From assembly GCF_001644705.1 (NCBI RefSeq), contig NZ_CP015137.1:180001-212000 (forward strand): a stretch of DNA of 32,000 nucleotides, written 5' to 3'. The notes below the pieces were generated by a model. That model had not been told where the DNA came from and did no database searches. It saw only the letters and a program-made list of their open reading frames with translations. Below are positions 18,955 to 28,823 of the stretch, in pieces (position 1 is the stretch's first letter; every line of letters starts with the position of its first letter). Origin of the DNA: Dickeya solani IPO 2222 (lineage in GTDB: Bacteria; Pseudomonadota; Gammaproteobacteria; Enterobacterales; Enterobacteriaceae). Both the position numbers and the translations under genes were made by a program.

Positions 18955-19158
18955 TGTATACCCGTCATACTTCAAATTGCAGGTGCGTTGGCTTTATTAC
19001 TCGGCCCATCCATGAGCCTCGCCCCTTCGGGGCCGCAGCGAGCTGCGTTCAAATCTGCTCCTGGCAGATTTGTCGCTCACCCCAGTCACTTACTTGAGTA
19101 AGCTCCTGGGGATTCACTCGGTTGCCACCTTCCTGCAACTCGAATTATTTAGGGTATA
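18955..19158. repeat. ERIC (enterobacterial repetitive intergenic consensus) element, enlarged variant (~204 bp)
   Basis: The core CGCTCACCCCAGTCACTTACTTGAGTAAGCTCCTGGGGATTCAC equals the reverse complement of the ERIC2 primer plus the ERIC1R primer sequence (one or two mismatches). The ends are TGTATACCC...GGGTATA. It carries about 77 extra bp in the left arm relative to the ~127-bp canonical form. Confidence 0.85.
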
Positions 19159-19224
19159 AATAAAGCTAGCTGGCGAATGGTGAACAAACAGCGGGCGCCG
19201 GCCGCAGCCGAACGCCCCATTTAC

Positions 19225-19959
19225 TCAACCGTAACAGGCTACCGGCATCAGCGCATTATCCAGCGCTTCCGGCGACAAGGACGGCCATAATTGCCCCTGG
19301 ACAGCGTTGACGTCAAGCTCACAGACTTTTTCAAAACTGGCTATATTATCAATCCCTTTTGCCACCACTTGCAGCGAGGGGCAATGTTTTTTCATAACTT
19401 GTAGCATCGGGTTAATAATAGAAACAGATACGGGCCGGGTTAATAATTTATTGATAAATGCGGCGTCCATTTTCACACTGGAAACCATGCCATCATAAAA
19501 TGGTTTCAGATTCATTCTCCCGGAACCGAAGTTATCCAGCCACAAATGAAAAGACTGACTTAATTTAGTCAATTGGGAATTATCACGCCCACGGGATATA
19601 TCAGGGAAATTCTCATTAATTTCAAGTTGCAAAAAAGGCAGCGCGCGAAATTCACGCCCCAGTAACTCATCGTTAATCAGAAATTCTGTCAATGTATGAT
19701 CGATCTTCAGCAGAACAGTCACCCGGTTATTGATAAACCAGGCTGATTTATCCTTAAGGATTGCCAGTTGCTCTCTCAGCAACGTCTGTTTCTGCCGGTG
19801 GTTCAGCATGCCCAGTAAGATTTCCTGTGGCATGGACAGACGCCCTGCCGCGCTCTGGAAACGTCCGATCATCTCTAGTGCCAGCAACCGTGAGTCCAGA
19901 TGATAAATCGGAGAGAAAAGATACTGACTGACATAGTCAACTTCAAGCTGGATACGCAT
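19225..19959 (-). CDS. ydiV: degenerate EAL-domain protein, YdiV/RflP-like (anti-FlhDC factor family)
   Basis: 244 aa, adjacent to selO (ydiU) as ydiV is in E. coli. Resembles E. coli YdiV at LQLEINENFP, LDNFGSGRMN..FYDG and AVQGQLWP. The canonical EAL motifs are degenerate (DDFGTG becomes DNFGSG; EGVE becomes AKGID). G+C is lower than in neighbouring genes (about 43% in one sampled line). Confidence 0.7.
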   Translation of the reverse strand: MRIQLEVDYVSQYLFSPIYHLDSRLLALEMIGRFQSAAGRLSMPQEILLGMLNHRQKQTLLREQLAILKDKSAWFINNRVTVLLKIDHTLTEFLINDELLGREFRALPFLQLEINENFPDISRGRDNSQLTKLSQSFHLWLDNFGSGRMNLKPFYDGMVSSVKMDAAFINKLLTRPVSVSIINPMLQVMKKHCPSLQVVAKGIDNIASFEKVCELDVNAVQGQLWPSLSPEALDNALMPVACYG

Positions 19960-20283
19960 AGTGTTATAGCCAGATTAAAAGATTGAACCCGCCGTAACGG
20001 GCAGCCAGACACAGCATGCCTGACCTGATCCTATTCGCTGCTACCACTCCAGAAACATTAAAGATTATTAACAATGATATTCAAACGGAGCACGTAATAT
20101 TATGTCGATTCAACGATGCGCACCTAAATACCCGTAAGAATATATGACAAATAATCCCAATCCTTTTCACGCGAACACCCATTTAGTTACTGCCTAAACC
20201 GACACTAATTTATAATTCGACGGTATCGAAAAACAATCCGTTTTTCATTTTTCAGACAAAGCCCTAATACCCATTTCAAATTA

Positions 20284-21300
20284 TTAACGAATGCTTTCCG
20301 ATAACCAGACAATCAATGCGTTTATCTCGTTATGTTGTTGAGGAAAATCCTCCACCAGTCGCTCGCCAATCATCATCAGCGCATCCGGACGGTATGGCGC
20401 CCCTTCCAGTCGTTCAGCCAGCGCTTCCAGCGGTGTAGGATTGAGGCTATCGGTAAAGAGCTGACAGCGGCTGATGACGCCACGCTCCACGTCAAAATGC
20501 AGCTCTACGCCGCCCCAGTCAAAGCGGGTATCCAGCATATGGGTAAATTCCGGCGCCTGACCAAAATTCCACGCCCAGCTGCTCTGACGCGCGAATAATT
20601 CAGCAAACCCCGGCAGATCCGGTAAAGCCTCAGGCGAGATAATCTCCGGCTGGCACTGAGTTTGATAATGTTCGAAAAATGCCTGCGTAATCGCATCGCA
20701 AACCGTCTCATGGCCGATCGCCGGCAGCAACTCCACCAGATTAGCGACCCGCGAGCGTACCGATGCGATGCCTTTGGCTTGCAGTTTCTTAACATCCGGA
20801 TTGAGGTAATCCGCCAGACGGGAAAGGTTGGCCGCCAGCAACAGCGTTCCGTGATGAAAACCGCGATCGGCACTTTCCCGATAGGCGGAGCCGGAAATCT
20901 TCCTGACGCCATCCGCGGTCTCAATTACCAGATCGTTGCGTCCCGATGCCTGCGCCGTCACCCCGCACGTTGCCAGCGCCCGCAGGATAATGCCGGTGGA
21001 AACGCTCTTGTCATAGCCGGGTTTGCCCGCCATGAAGGTAAAACAGGTATTACCGAGATCATGGAATACCGCCCCGCCGCCGCTACTGCGCCGCGCCAGT
21101 TTGATGCCATCCTGCTCCATGCGCCGGGTATTACACTCTTTCCACGGGTTCTGCGCGCGACCGATCACCACGGTTTCCGCATTGCGCCACAAAAACAACA
21201 CCCGCTGCGTGGTCGGCATCTGACGGAAAATGCACTCCTCCACCGCCAGATTGAACCAGGGGTCGACGGAATCCGAAATCAGCAAACGCAGTGCAGGCAT
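20284..21300 (-). CDS. lplA: lipoate-protein ligase A
   Basis: 338 aa, near-identical in its N-terminal third to E. coli LplA ([56 protein letters not shown]...[25 protein letters not shown]). Confidence 0.96.
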   Translation of the reverse strand: MPALRLLISDSVDPWFNLAVEECIFRQMPTTQRVLFLWRNAETVVIGRAQNPWKECNTRRMEQDGIKLARRSSGGGAVFHDLGNTCFTFMAGKPGYDKSVSTGIILRALATCGVTAQASGRNDLVIETADGVRKISGSAYRESADRGFHHGTLLLAANLSRLADYLNPDVKKLQAKGIASVRSRVANLVELLPAIGHETVCDAITQAFFEHYQTQCQPEIISPEALPDLPGFAELFARQSSWAWNFGQAPEFTHMLDTRFDWGGVELHFDVERGVISRCQLFTDSLNPTPLEALAERLEGAPYRPDALMMIGERLVEDFPQQHNEINALIVWLSESIR

Positions 21301-21346
21301 GGCGAAACTCCGAATAGCAGCAGACCGCCGCCGGGCGGTCGGAAAA

Positions 21347-21811
21347 TCAGATACGGCGGGCCTGCCAATAAGCCCGTTTCCAGTAAACGTTATTCAGCGA
21401 CGACCGCATAACGCCGCGGCTGGTGGAGGCATGAATAAACTGGTCATTATTGTCGTAGATACCGACATGCAGCCCATTCTCGCCGCTGCCGGTGCGGAAA
21501 AAGACCAGGTCGCCCGGCAGTAATGCGCCACGGTCGACGCGAGTGCCGACTTCAGTCTGTTCCTCGGTCGAGCGCGGCAGCGTCAGGCCAAACCGGTCAC
21601 GAAACGTCAGATAAACGAAACCGGAACAATCAATGCCATTCTGATCCAACCCGCCATAGCGATAGGGCGTGCCACGCCACTTTGCCAGTTGGGCGTGCAA
21701 CTGCGCCCGCACCTCGCTGGTATCGCCCAGACGGGTGCTCTGCGGAACGTGGCTGCTGCACCCGGCCAGAAACAGCGCCACCAGTATTAGCCAAAATCTC
21801 CAGAACTTCAT
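21347..21811 (-). CDS. nlpC: NlpC/P60-family lipoprotein
   Basis: 154 aa with lipobox LFLAGC|S. Colinear with E. coli NlpC ([10 protein letters not shown]...GVDCSGFV...[42 protein letters not shown]...WQARRI). Sits next to btuD, as in E. coli. Confidence 0.9.
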   Translation of the reverse strand: MKFWRFWLILVALFLAGCSSHVPQSTRLGDTSEVRAQLHAQLAKWRGTPYRYGGLDQNGIDCSGFVYLTFRDRFGLTLPRSTEEQTEVGTRVDRGALLPGDLVFFRTGSGENGLHVGIYDNNDQFIHASTSRGVMRSSLNNVYWKRAYWQARRI

Positions 21812-22002
21812 ACATCATGCTCGCTGTTGACGGGGAACACCCCACAAAAACCGAATTACGTCATAGTATTATTCGTGCTCGGGTATTAATCGGCCGAAAA
21901 CAGAGAATTTTTCTATTGTGACAGCGCGTTACGAAGCGCATCGTGCCCCCGGAGCCGCACATGACCCCGCAGGAAACCATACCGGCAGGCCCGCCAGCGC
22001 CG

Positions 22003-22773
22003 TTATTCCTGTTGCGCCAGCATCCAGTGGCGACCATCCAGCGCATAACGCGTAAACGCCACCCCAAATACCGGCGACAGCGCTTCCGGCTGCATGACAT
22101 CGGCCGCCGTCCCTTGCGCCATCAGCTCACCACGCGACATCAGCCATACCCGGTCGGCATGATGCAGGGTATGGTTCAGGTCATGACCCGACGCGATAAC
22201 CGCAACCCCGGCCCGACACAACTCCGCCAGCAGTGCATCCAGCGCCACACGCTGGGCGATATCCAGACTGGCGGCCGGTTCATCCAACAACAATAATCTG
22301 GCCGAAGGATTCAGCGTCGGCCAGACTTGCAGCAGCACCGCCGCTAACCTGACCCGCTGCCATTCGCCGCCGGAAAGCCGGGTCAGCGGACGACGCAGTT
22401 TATCCGTCAGCGACAATCGCTCAGCTAACTGTTGCACCACCGCATCCGCGCTTTCAGCATCGCAGTGCGATGGCTGGTGCAACTGCAGGTACTGGAACAC
22501 CGGCATCAACGCCAGTGCGCTATGGTGTTGCGGCAGGTAAGCACGCACCCTCGCCAGGTCGCGTGCCGACCAGACGGCGATCGCCTGCCCCAACAGCCGT
22601 ACCTCGCCGTCCCCCGGCTGTAATCCAGCCATTAACGCCAGCAGCGTGCTCTTACCCGCGCCATTGGGGCCAATAATGTGCACCAGTTCGCCGGGGCGGC
22701 AGCGTACCGTCACCGACGACAAACGCCCGATGACGCTAACGTTGTGCAGGTACAGCAACGGTTGGGCAGACAC
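22003..22773 (-). CDS. btuD: vitamin B12 ABC importer, ATP-binding subunit
   Basis: 256 aa with a GTG start 2 nt after the btuE stop. Walker A GPNGAGKST, signature LSGGEWQRV, Walker B LLLLDEP. Confidence 0.92.
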   Translation of the reverse strand: MSAQPLLYLHNVSVIGRLSSVTVRCRPGELVHIIGPNGAGKSTLLALMAGLQPGDGEVRLLGQAIAVWSARDLARVRAYLPQHHSALALMPVFQYLQLHQPSHCDAESADAVVQQLAERLSLTDKLRRPLTRLSGGEWQRVRLAAVLLQVWPTLNPSARLLLLDEPAASLDIAQRVALDALLAELCRAGVAVIASGHDLNHTLHHADRVWLMSRGELMAQGTAADVMQPEALSPVFGVAFTRYALDGRHWMLAQQE

Positions 22774-22775
22774 CG

Positions 22776-23327
22776 TTACTGCGCCAGCGCCTGCTCAATC
22801 GCTTTGATAATCGCGCCGTCATCCGGCGTCATGTCCGGTGAGAAACGCGCGATCACCTCGCCACGGCGGTTAACCAGAAATTTTTCGAAATTCCACAGAA
22901 TATCGCCTGGATGGGCCGGCGCCTGCCCTTTGCTGACGCGGCGCTCGTAGAATTCGCTACCCTGTGGGCGCTGCGCCTCCGGCTGGGCCTGAATCAACGT
23001 CTGATACAACGGATGACGTCCGCCCCCGTTGACGTCAATTTTGCCAAACATCGGGAACTGTACCCCGAAGGTCCCACGACAAAACGCGTTGATCTCTTCG
23101 TTGCTGCCCGGTTCCTGCCCGGCAAATTCGTTGGAGGGAAAGCCCAGTACCGCAAACCCGCGGTCACGATAGGTTTCATACAGATTCTCCAGCGCTTCAT
23201 ATTGCTTGGTCAGTCCGCACTGCGAGGCGACATTGACCACCAGCAGCACGTTATTGCGCCAGTTTTCCAGTGATGCCTGACGGCCATCGATAGTTTGCAA
23301 GGGAATTGCGTATAGCGTATTGCTCAT
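22776..23327 (-). CDS. btuE: thioredoxin/glutathione peroxidase BtuE
   Basis: The track ORF (start 23429) overlaps btuC. I trimmed it to MSNTLYAIPLQTIDG... at 23327, with AAGGAA 6 nt upstream. This gives 183 aa, as in E. coli BtuE. Contains VNVASQCGLT (peroxidatic Cys) and ILWNFEKFLV. Confidence 0.9.
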   Translation of the reverse strand: MSNTLYAIPLQTIDGRQASLENWRNNVLLVVNVASQCGLTKQYEALENLYETYRDRGFAVLGFPSNEFAGQEPGSNEEINAFCRGTFGVQFPMFGKIDVNGGGRHPLYQTLIQAQPEAQRPQGSEFYERRVSKGQAPAHPGDILWNFEKFLVNRRGEVIARFSPDMTPDDGAIIKAIEQALAQ

Positions 23328-23385
23328 TGTCTGTTCCTTTTTCATCAAACCGGCTCGTCCGCCGGCCTGTTCATCATTGTGGGAA

Positions 23386-24387
23386 TTACACCTGATGGCG
23401 CAGTAGCAGCCAGATAAACCAGGGTGCACCCAGCGTGGCGGTGACTACGCCAACCGGCAGTTCTGCGGTCGCCAGCACTGTGCGCGCCAGCGTATCCGAC
23501 AGCATCAGCACCGCAGCGCCGGCCAGCCCACACCCGGTTAATAGATAGCGCTGATCGGTCAGCCCGCACAAGCGCAAAATATGCGGGATGACCAACCCGA
23601 CAAAACCGATCACGCCAGCCAACGCCACGCTGATACCCACCAGCGTGCCCATCGCCAACACCAGCACATTGCGCCAGTAAAATACTGCGACCCCCAACTG
23701 CCGGGCGGCCAGCTCGCCCAACGCCAGTTGATTGAGTACCCCGCCACAGCGCGCCAGCCAGACCAGCAGCGGCAGCATCAGTAACATCAATCCGCCGTAA
23801 CGCCAGTCGACCCCGCTGAATCCCCCCATCATCCAGTACATCAGCTGGCGCAAATCGAGGCTGGTGCTGAAGTAGACCGCCCAGGTCATCAGCGCGTTAC
23901 AGATAATGCTCAGCGCCACCCCGATCAGCAGCAGACGTGCGTTGGACACCCCGGCGCGGGAAAAACGCAGCAACATCAATGTCACCAGCAGCGCGCCCGC
24001 GATGGCGCACAGGCTGAGGCTCCAGACCGGCAGCATCCCCTGTCCGAGCAGCACCGCCAGCACCAACGCTACGCCCGCGCCGCTGGATACGCCGAGCAAC
24101 CCCGGCTCGGCCAGCGGATTATCGAACACCGCCTGCATGACCGCGCCGCCCATCGCCAACCCTGCTCCGACCAGCATTACCGCCAGCGTGCGCGGTAATC
24201 TGAGCTGCCAGATGAACAGCGATGAGTCCGAATCCAGCCAGTGCGTCGGCCCAATCCAGCGCTCGCCGGCGCACAGGCTTATCGCCACGCCGACCGCCAG
24301 CAACAGCCATAGCCCCAGCAGCCGCTGGCGATCTCGCCTGCGTTGTTGCTGTTTCAGTTGGGTATAACGCGCCGGGGTTGACTGCAT
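23386..24387 (-). CDS. btuC: vitamin B12 ABC importer, permease subunit
   Basis: The start was chosen at [21 protein letters not shown]... (24387) by alignment with the E. coli BtuC N-terminus. ATGs at 24435 and 24426 remain possible and the RBS is weak. The body is colinear with BtuC ([36 protein letters not shown]..., C-terminal TATLGAP.FIWLLL). Confidence 0.88.
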   Translation of the reverse strand: MQSTPARYTQLKQQQRRRDRQRLLGLWLLLAVGVAISLCAGERWIGPTHWLDSDSSLFIWQLRLPRTLAVMLVGAGLAMGGAVMQAVFDNPLAEPGLLGVSSGAGVALVLAVLLGQGMLPVWSLSLCAIAGALLVTLMLLRFSRAGVSNARLLLIGVALSIICNALMTWAVYFSTSLDLRQLMYWMMGGFSGVDWRYGGLMLLMLPLLVWLARCGGVLNQLALGELAARQLGVAVFYWRNVLVLAMGTLVGISVALAGVIGFVGLVIPHILRLCGLTDQRYLLTGCGLAGAAVLMLSDTLARTVLATAELPVGVVTATLGAPWFIWLLLRHQV

Positions 24388-24500
24388 AGGGTCGCCTGCA
24401 ATGAAAAATCGGACAATGCCACTCATGATGCGCATATCCGCTGTGATATCAAGCTGATGCCGGAAATTTTCGCCAGGGAATGGAAAGCGACTCGCAAAAT

Positions 24501-24554
24501 GTGACGCAAGGGATACAAGTGTGACGCAAGGGATAAAGTGTGACGCAAGGGATT
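24501..24554. repeat. three direct repeats of GTGACGCAAGGGAT(A/T), period 20 and 19 bp
   Basis: Copies lie at 24501-24515, 24521-24535 and 24540-24554. The extended units are AAATGTGACGCAAGGGATAC, AAGTGTGACGCAAGGGATA and AAGTGTGACGCAAGGGATTC. A possible degenerate fourth unit, GCGACTCGCAAAAT, lies at 24488-24500. Confidence 0.9.
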
Positions 24555-24711
24555 CCTAACCCATTTCCCCCGCTGCATTGTATGAAAGGTGATTATCTTA
24601 TCCAGATTGATTGTTTTTTAATCGCCACAATCTCGGCTACCTTTATAGCTATAGGTCATTATCAACACGCCTATTAGATCATCATCAACCAGCCATCCTG
24701 CGGGGTAAATT

Positions 24712-24966
24712 ATGCTGATGTCCCTTCTGCGCACGCTGTATCGCGCCCGGCAAAAAAACGAAAGCCGGCAGAGCGAGCCATCCAACACCTGCGTCGAATG
24801 CGAATACAGCTTCTACAACCACGAAGCCAACCTGCCATTCGACCAGATTGAAGAGTGCTTGCGCGCCCGCCGCGATGCGCTAATGCGGGAACATCCCCCG
24901 CTGACCGAACCCATGCCCAGTGCCATACGCCCGCGCTGGGCGGGCAAGTCATCAAGCTCAGGCTGA
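24712..24966 (+). CDS. hypothetical small protein (84 aa)
   Basis: An ORF with a coding-like third-position pattern. I counted roughly three quarters G/C at codon position 3, with preferred CTG, CGC, AAC, TTC, TAC and GAA codons. GGGG lies 7 nt upstream of the ATG. The 3' end overlaps the convergent cobB by 9 nt. I recognise no family. One CxxC is present (CVEC). Confidence 0.45.
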   Translation: MLMSLLRTLYRARQKNESRQSEPSNTCVECEYSFYNHEANLPFDQIEECLRARRDALMREHPPLTEPMPSAIRPRWAGKSSSSG

Positions 24967-25788
24967 CGCCAACGGGTGGTGCGCCAGCCAGGTGCGAACG
25001 AATTCCACCACCACCTTGCTGGCCGGGCCATAAATATGTTCGTCGAACTGGTTCTGCACCTGGCTGGGTTCCAGGTTCAGTTCCACGGTATGCGCGCCGT
25101 TCACCCGCGCTTCATGCACAAAGCCGGCGGCCGGATAGACATTGCCCGAGGTACCGATGGCAACAAACAGGTCGGCTTCCGACAGCGCATGATAAATGTG
25201 TTCCATCTCCAGCGGCATTTCGCCAAACCACACTACGTGCGGACGCAACGGCGCCGGAAACTGGCAGCAGTGGCAACGTTCGTCCACTGATACGTCGCCC
25301 GTCCACTCAAAAATCTGCCCGCTCTGACTGCAACGGACTTTCAACAGCTCGCCATGCATGTGGATGATGCGCTTGCTGCCGGCGCGTTCATGCAGATTGT
25401 CGATGTTCTGGGTGACCAGTAGAAAATGATCGCCGAGCGCCGCTTCCAGTTCCGCCAGCGCCAGATGCGCGGCGTTAGGCGTAATCTCCGGCTGCTGGAG
25501 CTGACGGCGACGCTGGTTGTAAAAATTCTGAACCGTTTGCGGATCGCGATGAAACCCTTCCGGGGTGGCGACATCCTCCACCCGATGCTCTTCCCACAGT
25601 CCATCCGAGGCACGAAACGTGCGAATACCGGATTCGGCAGAAATCCCTGCTCCGGTAAGGACAACAACACGTGGTTTATTCACGTTTTTGACCACCAGAT
25701 AATCAAGATGAAAAATGCGGGCACACAAACGCTGATGACGGAGACGCTTTCGCTGTCGAAAACGGTGTAATCGCTGACGCGAGTGCAT
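24958..25788 (-). CDS. cobB: NAD-dependent protein deacylase (sirtuin CobB), long isoform
   Basis: 276 aa. Contains [30 protein letters not shown] and the zinc ribbon C...C..CHCC. The arginine-rich N-terminal extension [21 protein letters not shown] resembles that of the E. coli/Salmonella CobB long form. Confidence 0.95.
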   Translation of the reverse strand: MHSRQRLHRFRQRKRLRHQRLCARIFHLDYLVVKNVNKPRVVVLTGAGISAESGIRTFRASDGLWEEHRVEDVATPEGFHRDPQTVQNFYNQRRRQLQQPEITPNAAHLALAELEAALGDHFLLVTQNIDNLHERAGSKRIIHMHGELLKVRCSQSGQIFEWTGDVSVDERCHCCQFPAPLRPHVVWFGEMPLEMEHIYHALSEADLFVAIGTSGNVYPAAGFVHEARVNGAHTVELNLEPSQVQNQFDEHIYGPASKVVVEFVRTWLAHHPLASA

Positions 25789-25871
25789 GTCTGCTCCTTA
25801 GATTGTCTTTAGAACGTATCGACGGATACGCTCTGCGTCCGCCCTGACAGCGGGATTGTCAGTGGCGCCGG

Positions 25872-26807
25872 TCATAGAGATTGGCGCGGCGCCGTCTGAC
25901 CCATCAAGTGTAGCAATGCCGCGCCGCGCACGCCGCCCGCATCGCCATAACGTGCTTTTTCAATACGCGGCACACGGGCCACCGGCAACAGGCTGTCCGG
26001 CAATCGGTGCGGCAGTTGACGATAAATCTCGTCAAAATTCGACAAGCCGCCGCCCAGCACCACCAGATGCGGGTCGATCAGCGTCAGCAGATTACCGAGG
26101 CACACCGCCAACAACGCCAGATAGCGATCCACATGCGCCTGGGCCTGAGGATCACCGGCGTAGAACGCCGCAATAATTTCCGGCGCCGACAGCCTGCGCT
26201 GGCTGAAATGCGCATATAACCATTCGAACCCACGTCCGGAGAGGTAGTTTTCCACACAGCCGACGCGGCCGCAGCCGCATTTTACGCGCGGAATCGTCTC
26301 GCCAAGAATATCCAGCGCGTCAACCGGCAAACGAAAATGGCCGAATTCGCCGGCAATGCCATTCTTCCCATCCACCACCTGCCCGTTGACCACCAGACCG
26401 CCGCCCATACCGGTGCCGAGAATAATCCCCAGCACCACCGGATAAGGGCGAAACGCGTCGTCCCAGGCTTCCGAGAGCGCAAAACAGTTGGCGTCGTTGC
26501 TGAGTCGCACTTCGCGTTGCAGCAACCGGCTGAGATCGGCACGCAACGGCCGCCCCATGGCGGCAGGTAGATTCGCGGCGAATAACGTACCGTCGTCGGT
26601 ATTCTCCATACCGGGCACCCCCACGCCGACCAACCCGCGCCCGCCAGTCAGCGCGTCGGCTTCTTCGGTCAGGGTGAGCAGGGCGCGCAGCAGACGATCA
26701 TAGTCGTCTCGGGGAGTGGGAATCCGCTTTTGCCAGATACACTGCAGATCGGCGTCAAACACCGCCAGCTCGATCTTGGTGCCTCCGATGTCAAAACCGT
26801 AATACAT
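25872..26807 (-). CDS. nagK: N-acetyl-D-glucosamine kinase
   Basis: The track ORF (start 26858) is trimmed to [18 protein letters not shown]... at 26807, with GGGGGAG 6 nt upstream. Colinear with E. coli NagK (ROK family; [15 protein letters not shown]). Confidence 0.93.
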   Translation of the reverse strand: MYYGFDIGGTKIELAVFDADLQCIWQKRIPTPRDDYDRLLRALLTLTEEADALTGGRGLVGVGVPGMENTDDGTLFAANLPAAMGRPLRADLSRLLQREVRLSNDANCFALSEAWDDAFRPYPVVLGIILGTGMGGGLVVNGQVVDGKNGIAGEFGHFRLPVDALDILGETIPRVKCGCGRVGCVENYLSGRGFEWLYAHFSQRRLSAPEIIAAFYAGDPQAQAHVDRYLALLAVCLGNLLTLIDPHLVVLGGGLSNFDEIYRQLPHRLPDSLLPVARVPRIEKARYGDAGGVRGAALLHLMGQTAPRQSL

Positions 26808-26871
26808 GGGCGCTCCCCCAGCTTCAGACAGAATGATGCCGCCACTGCGCCCATGCAATGGCGGTGCGGGT

Positions 26872-28115
26872 TTACTGGCCGCTCAATATCCGAGCCGGGT
26901 CGATACGGCTGGCGCGTCGAGCCGGATACCAACTGGCAATCAGGCTTAGCACCAGCGAGGTGACCAGCACGATAATCACATCCAGCATATGCAGTTCCGA
27001 CGGCAGAAAATCGATGAAATAAATATCGCCGGACAGAAAACGGTGGCCGGTCAGCGTTTCAAGGCCGCGAATGAGCGGCGTCAGTTGTAGCGTGACCACA
27101 ATACCCGCCACGGTACCCACCACGCTGCCGAGCAGCCCAGCCAGCAAACCGTACCAGACAAAAATGGCGCGAATCAGGCCGTCACCCGCACCCAGCGTCC
27201 TTAACACGGCGATATCGCTGCTCTTGTCCTTCACCGCCATCACCAGCGTGGAAACGATGTTAAAGCAGGCCACTCCGATGACCAGCACCATAGCGAGGTA
27301 CATGATGGTACGGATCATCTGGATATCGCGGTACATATAGCCGTAAGTGCCGACCCAGCTGCGAATATAAACGTAGACATTGGTCGCCTCGCCCGCGTCA
27401 TGCACCAGCTTCTGGGCGGCAAACACATCCTGCGCCTTGATGGCGATACCGGTGATGCCGTCGCCCAGTTCCAGATACTGCTGGGCATCGGCCAACGGCA
27501 CCAGCGCCAGGCTGTGATCCAACTGACCGCTCAATTGCAGAATGCCCGCCACCTGCAACCGAATGCGTTTCGGCTGCAGTAGCTTCATCTGTGGGTCGCT
27601 ATTGGGGATCATCACGGTAACCCAGTCGCCGTTTTTCACGCCCAGCGCATCCGCCACACCCTTACCGATGATGACCTGTTGTGCGCCGGCATGAAAACGC
27701 GACCAGGCGTTATCCTGCACAAACTGCGGCAGAGCGCTAAGTTTCAGTTCCTGTTGGGGATCCACGCCTTTGAACTGGATCGCCTTCAGGCTGGCGCCGT
27801 TTTCCAGCAAACCGGTAAAACTGACGTAAGGCGCCGCGGCGGCGACACCGGGAACACGTTCAATCTTCGGCAACAGCGGTTGCCAGTCCCGAAACGGTTG
27901 GTTGGCCGCTTCGATTTCGCCATGCGGCACCACGGCCAGGATGCGGTTGTTTAGCTCGCGCTCGAAACCATTCATCGCGCTCAGACCGACGATCAGCACC
28001 GCCACGCCGAGCGCAATACCAAGGGTGGAAATCACCGAAATCAGCGACACCATGCCGCTGCGGCGGCGCCCGCGGCTGAAACGCAACCCGACCAGCAGCG
28101 AAAGCGGAGGAAAGG

Positions 28116-28119
<4 letters not shown>
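26872..28119 (-). CDS. lolE: lipoprotein-release ABC transporter permease LolE
   Basis: 415 aa, highly similar to E. coli LolE ([63 protein letters not shown]...). Its ATG overlaps the lolD stop (ATGA). Confidence 0.96.

Positions 28120-28815
<696 letters not shown>

Positions 28816-28823
<8 letters not shown>

Noticed and set aside
19960-20283. Tiny ORFs (7-11 codons) and AT-rich sequence between ydiV and lplA, considered as a toxin-antitoxin pair or leader peptide.
   Set aside because: The RBS spacing is poor and I see no pairing structure. The region is more simply the ydiV promoter and 5' UTR.
24501-24554. The three direct repeats read as a mini-CRISPR array or as CRP sites (each unit begins TGTGA).
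   Set aside because: The gaps between units are only 4-5 nt and no cas genes are present, so it is not a CRISPR array. The second CRP half-site (TCACA at N6) is GGATA here, matching 2 of 5 positions.
24436-24711. Cobalamin riboswitch upstream of btuC, or on the + strand ahead of the small ORF.
   Set aside because: I looked on both strands for the conserved core (AGGGAA...GGTG.AA..CC...GCCACTG, the B12 box). Only isolated AGGGAA-like strings are present, and they belong to the direct repeats. E. coli btuCED is also not riboswitch-controlled.
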